Source of the DNA: Ancylonema sp.
Taxonomy: Eukaryota
Assembly: GCA_050230475.1 (NCBI GenBank)
Contig: JBFLGF010000062.1
Coordinates: forward strand, 62,001 to 85,095
Direction: 5' to 3'
Length of the DNA stretch: 23,095 nucleotides
The notes below the pieces were generated by a model that ran no database searches, was not told where the DNA came from, and worked only from the letters and a program-made list of their open reading frames with translations. This document shows, in pieces, positions 1-12,472 of this stretch (position 1 is the first letter of the stretch; each line of letters begins with the position of its first letter). Made by a program: the position numbers and the translations under genes.

Positions 1-1180
1 AAATGCTCCCGGGGGGTGGCTCTAGTGGAGTAGAACCTTGTTATAAGATACTCATTATAGTAGTGTTAAATTATAGACTGTAGGATGGATGAAATAAATA
101 ATGCCGCATGTAATCAAATAAAGTTGTATAAGTCAATGTTATTTATGTGATAAACACGGTCGTTTATCACGTAGGAAATATGAGAAATGACATGTGCCCT
201 TTGTTGTCCTTTTGTGTCCCCCCCTAGGGCATATCAATAGAGGCCAAGGAGCACATACTGTAGCAGATAAAACTTGTTTTTTACAACCTTTTTTATACGT
301 AGATACGTTATCTTTCTTGAAAAACAACCGCGATTGCGTCGTTCTTCCCCCCCCCCCCCCCTTTTTTTTTTCTTTTTTTTTTCCTACCCTCCTTTTTTGT
401 TGGAGGGTGTGAGTGTCAAGTGCCAAAAAAACCCAAAAAAAAAACCCAAAAAAAATCCCGACCCCCGATGATTTTAGTGTTGGAAAAGTTTGTGGGACCT
501 AAAGGCGAATGGTGTAATGGATCTAGTTGAATGTCTTCCCGCAAGGAATTTTGGGCGAGATTTGCAAGGTTTTGCTTGGTACATCGTTTGTGATCTTGAA
601 TTACAAAGAATTGTTTGAGGTCGTTGGACCGATAAGGTTGGGAAACCTTAATAACAATGATTTCAAGAAACCTCAATTAGGGCCTTAATGTTAACCTCAG
701 TGATTGTCGGGATTTTTGGGTCCCATAAAAACACTTCACTTGCGTTTTCGTTTTTGAGGCTTATGATATCCCTCAAACTATATCGACCTTCATAACCTTT
801 ATTCTACGTAACTTCTAATCATCTCATACGTACATTTCATTCCCTAAAGTTCTAGGCCTATAGCCCAGGCCGAAAAATAGGGTAATAGGGTAACCTTGTA
901 ATCACGTAGGTTGGTAATATAACCGATTTGAGCAACCTGTAGAACGTCTATGTTCGTCTGTTGCGTTTCTCAGCCGATGGAAACAAAGATATTGAGTAAG
1001 ACTTTGTTGGTGATGCACAACATATTTAAGTAGGTGATGAAGACGTCTGACGGCCGAGGGTGCATGGGTTTGAAAAATGGTTCTTAGAATTTTAAGAATT
1101 GAAGATGAACGTTTTATCGTGTTGTTTTTGTGGTTCTAGAGTCTTCGTATGGGGAGCAGGAGTCTTTCTATTGCTACAAT

Positions 1181-2347
1181 CAGGGATGGCAAGTCTTAAA
1201 AACCCTCTTCGTAATTGGAGGAGTTAGACCGTCATTACAAAAGAATAATAAGGGTACGCCCAGAAAGCACCCCTAAAAACCCCTAAATATAAAAATTTGA
1301 GTTTAGGGGTAATTTAGGGGCATTTCCCACCCCCAACCATCACTGTAGGGCCTAAATTGCTCTATTTCTGAAAAAAAAAACAAAAACTGGACCAAAACCT
1401 TTGACCAAAACGTACTACCAAAAGTTGTCATTGACAAGTGACGTACCGCCATTGCGGATAGTTTGGGTGGACATCAGACAATATATTTCGGCGTACCACG
1501 AATTTGTCAAGCTCAATCGGGTAATGTCTGCCATGTATTGCGAGAGAGTAGATCTTAGCGCCGGTGACCTCTCATCGGGGCGTACGGAATTTAGTCGCCC
1601 GGGGAAATCGGAATCGAGGCTCTTCGTAGAAAATACCATCTTGCTTTTCCTCCGCCCCCCTCCCCAAAAGTCTCGAACGGGTGGGAGGGTGAGTGGCATT
1701 GATAAATAATTTCGTCAATGCCATCAATTTCGTTGCACGACCGTTTACTTGGACACGTTACTTTCCCCTCCAAGATGTGATGACCGAAACTCTCTTACTT
1801 CATCATTTATTCACGTTTCTGTTTGTAAACTAGGAAACAAGTGCTTATGTTCAGAGAAAATGCGGCAATGATTTACGTTATCAAGTGACTACGCAATCAG
1901 CGATGCTTCCAAACGTTCTCTCTTTGTTAGTCACTTCGACATGGGTATTTTTCAATGTCTGAAACGCCAATTGATGAATTCTCGCTCCAAGTTTTCCAAA
2001 TATGCCATATGCAGCATATGATATGCTCAAATAGATGTTGGGAAAACAAAACGTTTTTTTTTACCAAAATGATGTAGGAGATCAAACATGCATGATAGAG
2101 TGGATGTGGTTGCGCATGGGCTTTTTCAAACGTAGTGAGTCCCGTTTTGTCAAATCAATTTGATACTATGTCTGAAAAACTCTTTTCCGTTGGAACGACA
2201 AGTTTTTAGGGGCGCAATTGTGTTCAAACCTGGCGAAGGACCCGAAAAACATGTAGACCTTGGTGCAAGTTAAGTGCAACCCCTAATTAGGATTTTTAAG
2301 TGCATAACCTCCCAGAGAGCAATTTATGGCCTGATTTTCCATCCCTG
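1181..2347. mobile_element. Non-autonomous hAT element with Ac-like TIRs
   Basis: TIRs CAGGGATGGCAAG ... TTTTCCATCCCTG. Perfect 8-bp TSD GCTACAAT at 1173-1180 and 2348-2355. Subterminal CCCCTAAA/TTTAGGGG repeats; no transposase ORF seen. Confidence 0.92.
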
Positions 2348-3166
2348 GCTACAATGAATCACATTGTTAGGGGTGCTGCGTTTCTGTGGTTCTTCCATGT
2401 GTGGTTTACAAAGAATATGATGCCATTCACTACATCAATATATATATATATATTATCGATTATCGTGGTTAAAAGATAGTGGTTATGTTTACATAGTGTG
2501 GTAGCTATCCCAAAAGCATCCCAAACGGCGTTTGCAAAACGCGGACGTCCGGAAAACGCCCAAACGTAAAAAAAAATCATGGAAAAAATTAGGCACCCCT
2601 CAAGTTTGCTGAATTTGGGCCCGGCCACGAACGGTTGGCCGGGTCGGGGGGTTGGGAGTACGTAATTACCAAAACATGAGGCGACTAAGTGACTTCCGGT
2701 GCGGAATCTTACTCCGAGGATTCGCATCTAGAGGAGACCGCCACCATGCTTATCAAACGATACGTTAACATCAAATAAATGCCGGATACAGTGGTCTTTT
2801 TTTTGTGATAAAAAATAAATGATTATATTTTGCAATATCGGAAAAAATGATTTCCGAGTTAACAATATATTGCGTTTCAAAATGAGATCATGCGAAGGAA
2901 GAATGGATTGACTGAACCTTTAAAAAAATCAGGTGAAGAAAATAATGACGTTTGGACACTGTACGGACGTTTGGTCCCCTAGAGTGTTTGGAAAAGCCGC
3001 ACAAACGGTGTTGCCACCGCACGGCAACATGTGCCGTTTTGGCGTTTGGACGGTTTGCGTTTGCAAAACGAGGACGCGATTTGGTGTTGCTATGGTTATT
3101 GTTAGTGACAAGACATGTATGTGCCTGAAAACAAAAAAAATGTACGAAGTTGTTATGCACAATGAT

Positions 3167-3410
3167 TAGTGATGGCAAGTCTAAAAACCCTATTCGTTGT
3201 TAGGGTATTTAGGCCGTTATTACATAAGCATAAAAGGGTACGCCCGGAAAGCACCTTAAAAAACCCTAGAATATACATTTCAATTTAGGGCCAATTTAGG
3301 GGCATTTTCCACCCCCAACCGTCAATTTAAAGCTTATAATGCTCTGCCAGGGGGGGGGGGGGAACTGACCAAACGTAATGGCACATTGTCATTGACAAGT
3401 GATGTCACGA
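3167..3410 (+). mobile_element. Second, diverged copy of the left end of the 1181-2347 hAT family
   Basis: TAGTGATGGCAAGTCTAAAAACCCT...AAGGGTACGCCC.GAAAGCACC...AATTTAGGGGCATTT.CCACCCCCAACC...TTGTCATTGACAAGTGA is collinear with 1181-1445. A possible decayed right end lies at 4732-4744. Confidence 0.8.
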
Positions 3411-3549
3411 AAGGTCAAAAAACGATCAAATGCTTGTATTTCAATAATTCATCGTGATTTGACCAATACGCCTACATGATGGAACGCTAGCCTATGACAC
3501 TCACTTGCATGCAAGCAGGGTGTGAGGAATAGTCAACCATAATCCCGAC

Positions 3550-4678
<1,129 letters not shown>

Positions 4679-5441
4679 ATCCCGACCGTTAATGAGAGGA
4701 GTCAAGTTGAAATGCGAACATTGAACCGCCCCTTTCCAGTATTACCAATGTTTTATTTGGAACAAGGATGACATAGTAGACAAGATCCAACGCGGCCACT
4801 CCAAGGCATCATAGCTTTGTGTTACACTGTCAAGTTCGAAGTATGAAGCAAAGAGTGACCATGATCCGGAGTGTGTTTCCTTTCCGATTCATGTTTGCTT
4901 CAGCAACCTGGAAAAGTCCAAGTCAAGTTGCACTATGATTGGCTCCGATACATTGTTGCGAGTGGCATAAAATGTTTGACCATTTGTCATTTTGTGACAA
5001 CCCTTAAGTCCTTCGAATCCCAATATTTGAGTTGTTGACAAAGGCGATCCCGGTTGCCTATTATATCGAACATCCAGTTGAACGTCTGCGATAGGAGCCT
5101 ACATGTACGATTGGATGCGAAACAAAAAAAAATGTTGATGTGATGTGCTGGCCGTGATTGCGAATTGCAATTGACAACAGACTTTTCCAAGTGGTGCTTG
5201 TCGGGACGGACATAAAATATTGATCGAGAACGAGGTGAGCTTGCATCTGTGGTCAACGATGGTGATGGCGTCAGATTTCGACTGGGTCGCTTTTCAAGAG
5301 TGGGGAGCACAATAGAGCTATATTTGCTCGGGCAAAAGGTTGACATGTTGAGTTGGGAGACACCAAATCGACACCAAAAAAATAGAATCTTAGAATCTTT
5401 ATATTCACACTTGCCCGATATGTATACAACTTTCTCGTGTG

Positions 5442-8400
5442 TCAACAACTTTGCACTCTCATCACCCCCCGATCGTCCAATTTCCCCCTCTCATGCATCC
5501 CAGAAGCGCCTGGCGATCCAACGCCGTTTGAGGTCCTATAGGGGCTTCCTTGCCGACTCCCACCCACAATCGCCCCCTCTGCTATGGTCCCCCCACCGGG
5601 GGGGGGCTCTACAACTACGACGGCCAAATCCGAAGCTTTGGTCCCTCCACAAAGTCGGGGAGAGTCGGTTCTCCGCTCCATGGCGTCCGACAATTGGATT
5701 TCTTTTCCCACTAGCAACTGTAGTTCTCCGCTTTCTACGTCCGCGTTTGTGTTCTCGGCGTCCGTAGCCTCTCGTTCCGCGTCCGCAGTTGAACGGGACA
5801 TGCCCCTGCGATGTGCGACGGAAAACGACGAGTTTGGGATGAATACTCATGGAGGGATGGATGAGAGGTAGAAGGAAGTGGGTAGGCCACAATCGCATAC
5901 TGAGCACCTAATCATTGATGAGCAAGGACGGGATAAAGTGTGAAGGGAGTGTTGTTCAAAGTTGTGTGCGAGATGAGCGCACGTGTGCCACACCCGCCTA
6001 CTCTATGAGTACTCAACATGCTGAAACATGGGAGATTTTTCGCCCATCTATGGCCACCCGAGCACGCATACGTGTGGTGCACAACTAGTGACCGCGAAAA
6101 GCAGATGAGGGAACCGGTGTTGCTTTGCAAGGAGGGTTGTAAATGGTTCCATGGGCCGAAACTTTGACATTCCAAACTTTTCATTCTTGGCTTGTTTTCT
6201 TATGGGATAGAAAGAGAGGGAAACCGAAAGTATCGAGGGGCAAAATTCGATCTGGCTTCTAAGGAAGGGAGTAGGTGGTTGGGGGGGGGTGGAGGAGGGG
6301 GGGGTGGGAGCGCGTTTACTTGTGAAAATTATATAACGCGATTCCGATCAAAATGATAATCAACCCCGCCACGTTGAGGGGGGAAAAAGAATCCTGGAAA
6401 ATGACTTGCGACACCTAGCAGGAGAGGGGGAGGTGAGCCACGTCATCGCCACGTCATCGCACACAACTATGTCAATGTCTCTGTCTTCGGCTCATACCAT
6501 GAAGCACCCTCTCTCTACTAATTGCAGAGACAAGGGCGGAAACATTCACGAGTCCATAGACACACGTTCGCGTATGGGTACGGATTCGGATTCGAATACG
6601 GATACGGATACGGATACGTATTCGGAGCCGTATTTCTTACGAATATTGTGAGCGCCTCCTTCATGGTCCCGATGACGGCAAACGTGAGCGCACCCGTCTC
6701 AGAGATGAGCAAAAATTCGGATAAAATCTGCACAAGATGATGGTTGGTTAATGAGGAATGACGACATCATCATTCCCCGAAATTGAGTTCGATAGGAGGA
6801 CACAAGGCCGCAAGAGGGTTTGAGTCGAAATGAATTCCTTTCTTGTGACATTACTCATGCTTCCATCTCCCCCCTTCGACCACCCCCCCCCCCCTTGTTT
6901 TCCTCCACAAAATCCATTTGTGTCCCAAAAAACATACAGCAGTAGACATTCAACTTGGGATTCATTCCGCTACCCCCCTCCCCCCCCCTCCCCAACAAAA
7001 AAAAACAAAACAAAAAATATCCGAGCCTTTTTACCATGAGAAACGCGATGCACCCCCCCACCCCCATGATCCCGGAGCTCTTCAGAATGTTGTCTGCGCT
7101 GTTGAAGTAGGGCGAGGAGGACAGACTCATCCACGGCTCAAACGCGAGAGAGAGGATCCCCATCACCACAGACATGACGGGGGTGAGATAGGCTAGGATG
7201 GCAATGGGGTTCAAATGACCTGGGGGGGGGAGGGAGGAGGGGGGGGGGGAGGGGGAGGTGTTCCTGCCTCATGCTTCCTGGGGTGAGAGGTTTAATAAAG
7301 AAAGGGACGTGGAAATGCGGTAGCGTATGCGATTGAATGTGCGCTTGTATTATTCAAATTTATGTAGAACAGAATTTAAGTGCGAGGAATGATTAGGGTG
7401 GAAGGATAGGGAGATGCAAGTATGTATGGGAAGATATAGGCGTGGACATAGGCGTGTATCTTAGTCTGCGTACATGAGTATAGGTATGCTAATGATGCAA
7501 ATTAGGACAAGCACATGCCGACAATCAACAAAATAAATCTAAGACATCCCATGTGCGCATATGCCGTCGTGATTGTTCCCCCACCCCCGTCACGGGAAAC
7601 ATAAAAAAACCAAAGAATGATAAAGGATTCCACGATCACTTCTGACTGCCCAGGGAATACATCCCTCTGCCATGACCCCCCATCTACATCTGTTTCCTCT
7701 CCGTCTTTCATTCTTAGGGCACGGTCTGCTCACCTGACCGCTCTTTTTGTGGTTTCTGGGGGGGAACAAAAAGAGAGAAGCACAACGGATAGAATGAGTT
7801 GAGAGTTCTGGGTTCAGAATTCAGGGTTCAGGGTACAGATTGAGTTCCAAGTTCAGGGTTCCGGATGAGGATTCAGATTCATGATTTACAGTTTGCAAGT
7901 CACGATTCTGGGTTTAGGTATCAGGCTTTGAGTTAAGGTTCGGGGTTCAGGGTTCAGGGTTCATTTCAAACATCGTGTAGCAAAAAATGAGGGGGTTCAA
8001 AAAAGCGATGGAAAAATAAAATAAAAATACATAATCAATAAACAAATTAAAAAGGTCCTCTGAAATCATCCTGGCTTACCCATCACACCTGCCGACCCTT
8101 TCCGTACGCGTCAGAAATCCATACATCTCTGAGCCATACATGATTGGAAATATAATATGGAGATATGGAGATATGGAGATATGGAGATATGGATAGGGAT
8201 GTACATAGAATGAGTGACAAACATGTTGTAGTGTATGCTGACAACCTCCTTATTCTTTCCCCTGTCACCTTTAGAATCATTTCTATGAGCACCCATCTCG
8301 CCCCCGACATCACGGAGGCACAGATGACGAGGGAGAAACCAAACCATTCGGTTTCGGATTTTCCGGACACTGCGCCACGTCAGCAGAGGCATGCGCCACG

Positions 8401-9406
8401 TCAGCAGGGGCAGGGGACAGGTCAGCACGATAGGAACCCGTACCAGACACGTGGGTTGGAAAATGGAGGTGGAAAAGGGAGAGGTAGGAAGTGGGGGAGT
8501 AGGGGAGTAGGGGGGGGGGGAATTTCATACAAAGCAGAATTCATTGGGAAGAATTGGGGTCCTGGGAAAAATGGGAAAAATGGCAAAATTGGCAAAATCC
8601 GCGAAAGTGGCAAAATTGGCAAAAAGTGGTTACAGTGGCAAAAGTGGCAAGTGGTTACAGTGGCAAAAGTGGCAAGTGGCAAGAGTGGCAAAAGGAGGGT
8701 GCGAGAGGTGAGGCATGTTTCGTACCTGAGAGCGCGAGTCCGACACAGATGGTGAAAATCACACCCGCCAGGCGAACACTGAAAGTTTCTACACTGGAAA
8801 GGGGGGGAAGGAGAGAAGAAAAAGGGGACAATAGGATAGAAGAAAAAGGGGGAACTAGCATAGAAGAAAAAGGGGGACAGGGATAAGAGGAACCCTTGAA
8901 AGAAACTTATATCTGGTGTCGCCCAGAGTAGGGTTAGGCTCACGTGGAGAAAGATGAGAATCAGAAGACGTAATCATTACAAAAAAAACATTCGGACGAC
9001 ATTCGGTACCCAAATGGATAAGCAACTATTTGCCTACTTGCAATATGAATATTTGATATTTTCAAAAAAAAAAAAACAAAAAAAAACACACAGACACAAC
9101 AAACGAAACCATAGCTTTCTTGCTTTTGGAGATATGAGCACTGGTCATGGGCTCAGGATGTAGGTATATTTCAGAAGGCAGGGAGGCCTTAGTCTCCCAG
9201 CCCTTCACCCCTTACCCCCTACCCCCTATCCCTTACCCGAAGTGGAATGCGAATATGAGGAGGAAGACAGGGGCACTGGATTTGCACTGAGGAACAAGAA
9301 CAAGTACAGCGCAAAGAACAGGTCACTATCTCCTCTCTCTCTTCAAGTCTCAAGGGGATGGCAACAATCGAACACGTGGAGGTGTTAGAACATCATCATC
9401 ATCATC

Positions 9407-9438
<32 letters not shown>

Positions 9439-11066
9439 CACCATCATCACCATCACCATCATCATCATCACCATCATCATCGTCATCATTCTCATTTTGC
9501 TTTCCTCCTTCAGGATGGAGTTCACAAACTAGCCCAAAATCAGGTCCATGTCCATGTCCATGTCCATGTCCATGTCCAGGTCCAGGTCCAGGTTCCTATT
9601 CATGTTCAGGGTGAGATTCAGGTATGCCCTCTGACCATGGTGTAGAACGTCAACGTGATGTATGCCAAGGAGACATTCGAGAGGCCGAGGTCGAGCGCTG
9701 TACAAACGGCTGGGGGGACAACTGAAGATAACAAAAGGGGAGGGAAGGGTTGGAACTGTTTGATAGAAGCTCGCTGAAGGCAAAGCTTTCGTTGGAGAAA
9801 GTTTTGTAACTATAGAGAGCATGCCTACACGGAGGGTTGAAAGTATTCTCGTCCATTTGTGCCTTAGAGAGGACTGAGAGGGAGCACAGTTGCGATTCAC
9901 GGGATTTGGCGAGTATGGATTCGAGAAAGGGTTGTGCTTCTCCTTCTTTGGCTTCTTCTTTATCCATTTCCCCCCCCACCCCCGAGGCATACTCAAAAAA
10001 ACAAAATAAAATAAAATAAAGAATAATAATAATAAATGATGGATAATATAATAAAGTAATATAATCATAAAATAAAGAATGGAGAATTTTCTTCCCTCCA
10101 AGGCCACACAACATACAAGTGGCTAATGACTAAAGTGGCTCATGGCTGAAGCGGAATCTCGATTCAAGGCCTGACGCGAAACTGAAGGGGGAATGAAAAA
10201 TTGGTTGAAATATAAAATGTGAGGGGGGGAGAAACCAAAAGAAAGAAAGAAAAAAAAAAGGGGAAAAACAGCCACCTTTTGTTCCGTATTCCGACCATGA
10301 CAGGTTCACAGCAGCCAGAGAGGGGCGGATTCGGAGAATAATATTTGCAATCACGCATTGCATAACGAAGTGGGTGGTTGTCATCATAAGGGGGGCAGGA
10401 AATCCGCCATGTTTTGAACCGATCAAAAACTTGTTGTACCTGAAAAAAACTCAGAATACACATATACATACATAGGTGAACATGTAGAACGAAAAATGAA
10501 TAAGAATGAACAAAATGGAGTCCTTTCGTAAGTCAGCTTCCCCGCTGGCTGTGGCTACCTGATGCAGAATAAGGCCTTAGACAAGTCACTGTTTTTTTCT
10601 CTCTAATTTGGTTGTAGTTTCGATAGTTTCGATAGTTTCGGGTTTTTTTTTTTTCCCCCCCCCCCTCTTTTGATCCAGGTCATTCAAGGCCAGTTTATTT
10701 TCTCCAAGAAAATAGAGGATGCGAACCTTCGTTCTCTTCATCAGTACCCATTCTTTTACCGTCCCGTTGCACTGAAGTCCATGGTCGCTATAAAGAAATA
10801 GGGAGGTGCTTAGCGGAGCTCCAGAATGACGTCCCTTCATATCCGTGTGCTACAGTGAGCTGCTACAGTCTGCACCGACCAACTAACTCAACGGTACGAT
10901 GACGCACCTCGTCGATTTTCTAATCCACCCGCCACAAGTGACATTTAACCCATTACCCGCATTCTGTGGCATCCGGGTCCAGGAAGACCACTTACAGACT
11001 AAGGCCCACGCTGGAGGTGTACCACATTGCGACCTAGTACACAAATTTCGGAGGCCAGCATCCCAT
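5442..11066 (-). CDS. Triose-phosphate/nucleotide-sugar transporter family protein (SLC35C2 / Arabidopsis At1g06470-like), 11 exons, 417 aa from ATG 11027 or 430 codons from ATG 11066
   Basis: Exons on minus, all GT-AG with consistent phases: 11066(or 11027)-10996, 10439-10276, 9721-9636, 9286-9237, 8793-8726, 8369-8269, 7755-7734, 7219-7035, 6727-6641, 6414-6320, 5805-5442. Spliced peptide: MWYTSSVGLSL|YNKFLIGSKHGGFPAPLMMTTTHFVMQ...|VVPPAVCTALDLGLSNVSLAYITLTFYTM|CKSSAPVFLLIFAFHFG|VETFSVRLAGVIFTICVGLALS|VSGKSETEWFGFSLVICASVMSGARWVLIEMILK|KPQKERSG|HLNPIAILAYLTPVM...GGCIAFLM|ILSEFLLISETGALTFAVIGTMKEALTIF|VSQVIFQDSFSPLNVAGLIIILIGIALYNFHK|GMSRST...VQSC*. These match TPT-family motifs (YNK, FPAPL, DLGLSN, TMCKS, SG.RW, KE.LTI). 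The start codon and the last exon are less certain; in-frame TAG at 11034-11036. Confidence 0.9.
6578..6620. repeat. (CGGATA/CGGATT)n hexamer repeat in transporter intron 9
   Basis: TACGGATTCGGATTCGAATACGGATACGGATACGGATACG. Confidence 0.9.
7806..7963 (+). repeat. Degenerate (TTCAGGG)n telomere-like tract in transporter intron 6
   Basis: GGGTTCAGGGTTCAGGGTTCA, GGGTTTAGG and related heptamers, one base from the plant telomere repeat TTTAGGG. Confidence 0.7.
8155..8193. repeat. (ATATGGAG)n octamer repeat in transporter intron 6
   Basis: About 4.5 tandem copies. Confidence 0.9.
8565..8693. repeat. (AAGTGGCAA)-type minisatellite in transporter intron 5
   Basis: Repeated TGGCAAAA(G/T), with AAGTGGTTACAGTGGCAAAAGTGGC present twice. 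Confidence 0.85.
9391..9592. repeat. (CAT/CAC)n and (CATGTC/CAGGTC)n microsatellites in transporter intron 3
   Basis: Arrays at 9391-9489 and 9541-9592. Confidence 0.95.
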
Positions 11067-11406
11067 GCTTGCAGTCCTGAGCCCTGAGCCCTGAGGGTAC
11101 CACGGGCGAGTGAGCGACTACATTTCACACGGGAACAAAGGGAAAGTATCCGGACGCCACGTTCGCCCGCCCGCCGGGCAGCACTGGAAAGAAGAAACGG
11201 GCACGTGTTCTACTGTCGCGATAAATTAATGATGGGGGCAAAGGCAGAGAGCGAAGGGCAAGCGGCAATGGTAAGCCATGCTACTAGGAAGGGCTAGGTG
11301 GAAGGGGAAACAAAAGCAGGGTGCGCCGAAACCGCTTCGGGCGTATCAGTTTCAATGAAACAGACTCGGGTCATGTCGGTGGGTGGGTGAATACAATATA
11401 AAATAG

Positions 11407-11441
11407 TATATATACTGCATAACAATCATTGCGCACAGCAA
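11407..11441 (+). promoter_or_regulatory. Pol III upstream signals of the tRNA (TATA-like box and CAA)
   Basis: TATATATA at 11407-11414 (-36 to -29) and CAA at 11439-11441 (-4 to -2), the arrangement typical of plant nuclear tRNA genes. Confidence 0.55.
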
Positions 11442-11442
11442 A

Positions 11443-11513
11443 GCGTATCTGGTGTAGTGGTATCATCTTACCCTCCCACGGTAAGGACCAGGGTTCGATT
11501 CCCTGGATACGCA
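11443..11513 (+). tRNA. tRNA-Gly(CCC): tRNA-Gly (anticodon CCC)
   Basis: 71-nt cloverleaf: acceptor stem GCGTATC/GATACGC plus discriminator A, D arm GTGTAGTGGTATCAT, anticodon arm TTACC-CTCCCAC-GGTAA, T arm CAGGG-TTCGATT-CCCTG. Closely resembles plant cytosolic tRNA-Gly(CCC). Confidence 0.97.
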
Positions 11514-11579
11514 CTTCTTCTGCAATGGCGATCTAAGAATATTCGTCACAAATGGTTTCGCACGTGAATCCCACGCCGC

Positions 11580-11584
11580 TTTTT
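11580..11584 (+). terminator. Probable Pol III terminator (T5) of the tRNA
   Basis: First run of 4 or more T downstream of the tRNA, 66 nt after the discriminator. Confidence 0.5.
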
Positions 11585-12472
11585 GCCCTGGGCGACACCC
11601 GCCCGGGCGGCGCCACGGGCGAAAAAGATTCCGCCCGGGGCGGCGTCACAGAGGTTTTTTAGGTCTTTTGTAGAAGGATCCCAAGACCCACGCAGATCAA
11701 TGTACATTTTTCCAAAATTCAAATCCGACTAGTATTCGAGATGTTGGAACACCAAGTACGCCTGCAATCTTTACCCGTGTAGTATTCTTTTGTATATCTC
11801 AAGTTTTATTTATTAACTTATCATTTTTATCGCATTATACCACGCCACGCTACGGAGTCGGTCTAATGGGTGACATTAGATGATGTCGGACGTGTTACAT
11901 ATGGCGCACACTCTTCAAGAAGTCGGTTTTTTAAAAAACCGACCATATCTCCGCATTGCGGCATATTTTTTTTGACATTTTGGCCTATGGCTCCGCGCTG
12001 CAAATCCCGCCCCGGGCCGGGCGGGGCCAAAAACGGTTTTAGTCTCTTAGCTGCGCTTCTGTCCCCTGCTGTTACGAACCCTTCTAATTTGCCTCCTTGC
12101 CTCTCCAGGGCGTGAATATGACGTCAAAACTGGTCGGGTAACTTGATTACATGACCTCACATATGAGGCAAGAGGCAGAGTCCCATAGGTCATGCCCTTA
12201 TAATTCTTCTAAATTGATAACGTCCAAATTAATATTGTCTTAAGTCTATTGGAGATAATTGCCCGGTGTAATCACTAAACCTCCGATAAAAGGTATTCCT
12301 GGGTGGGGTATGATTCATTTAGGTTGTCAGATTATCGTCATTTTTGTACTCACATGGAGTGTATGTCGCGCTTTATGGTGTGAATCTCATCGCTATTATC
12401 AAAGCAATATTTTCCATCCCGCGAATTTGGAATTTTTGCTTGTACAATCCGTACATATTTGTACATCTAGGA

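Noticed and set aside
409..742. Inverted AAAAATCCCGAC/GTCGGGATTTTT pair
   Set aside because: Ends and TSD could not be defined; at most a decayed MITE.
6049..6259. Alternative terminal exon for the transporter
   Set aside because: In-frame acceptors exist but the peptide has no family resemblance; cannot be preferred over 5805-5442 without transcripts.
9358..9645. Poly-His ORF
   Set aside because: Intronic CAT repeat, antisense to the transporter.
11585..12111. Possible MITE with GCCCTGG/CCAGGGC ends and CCGCCC repeats
   Set aside because: Only a 7-bp inverted match and no TSD.
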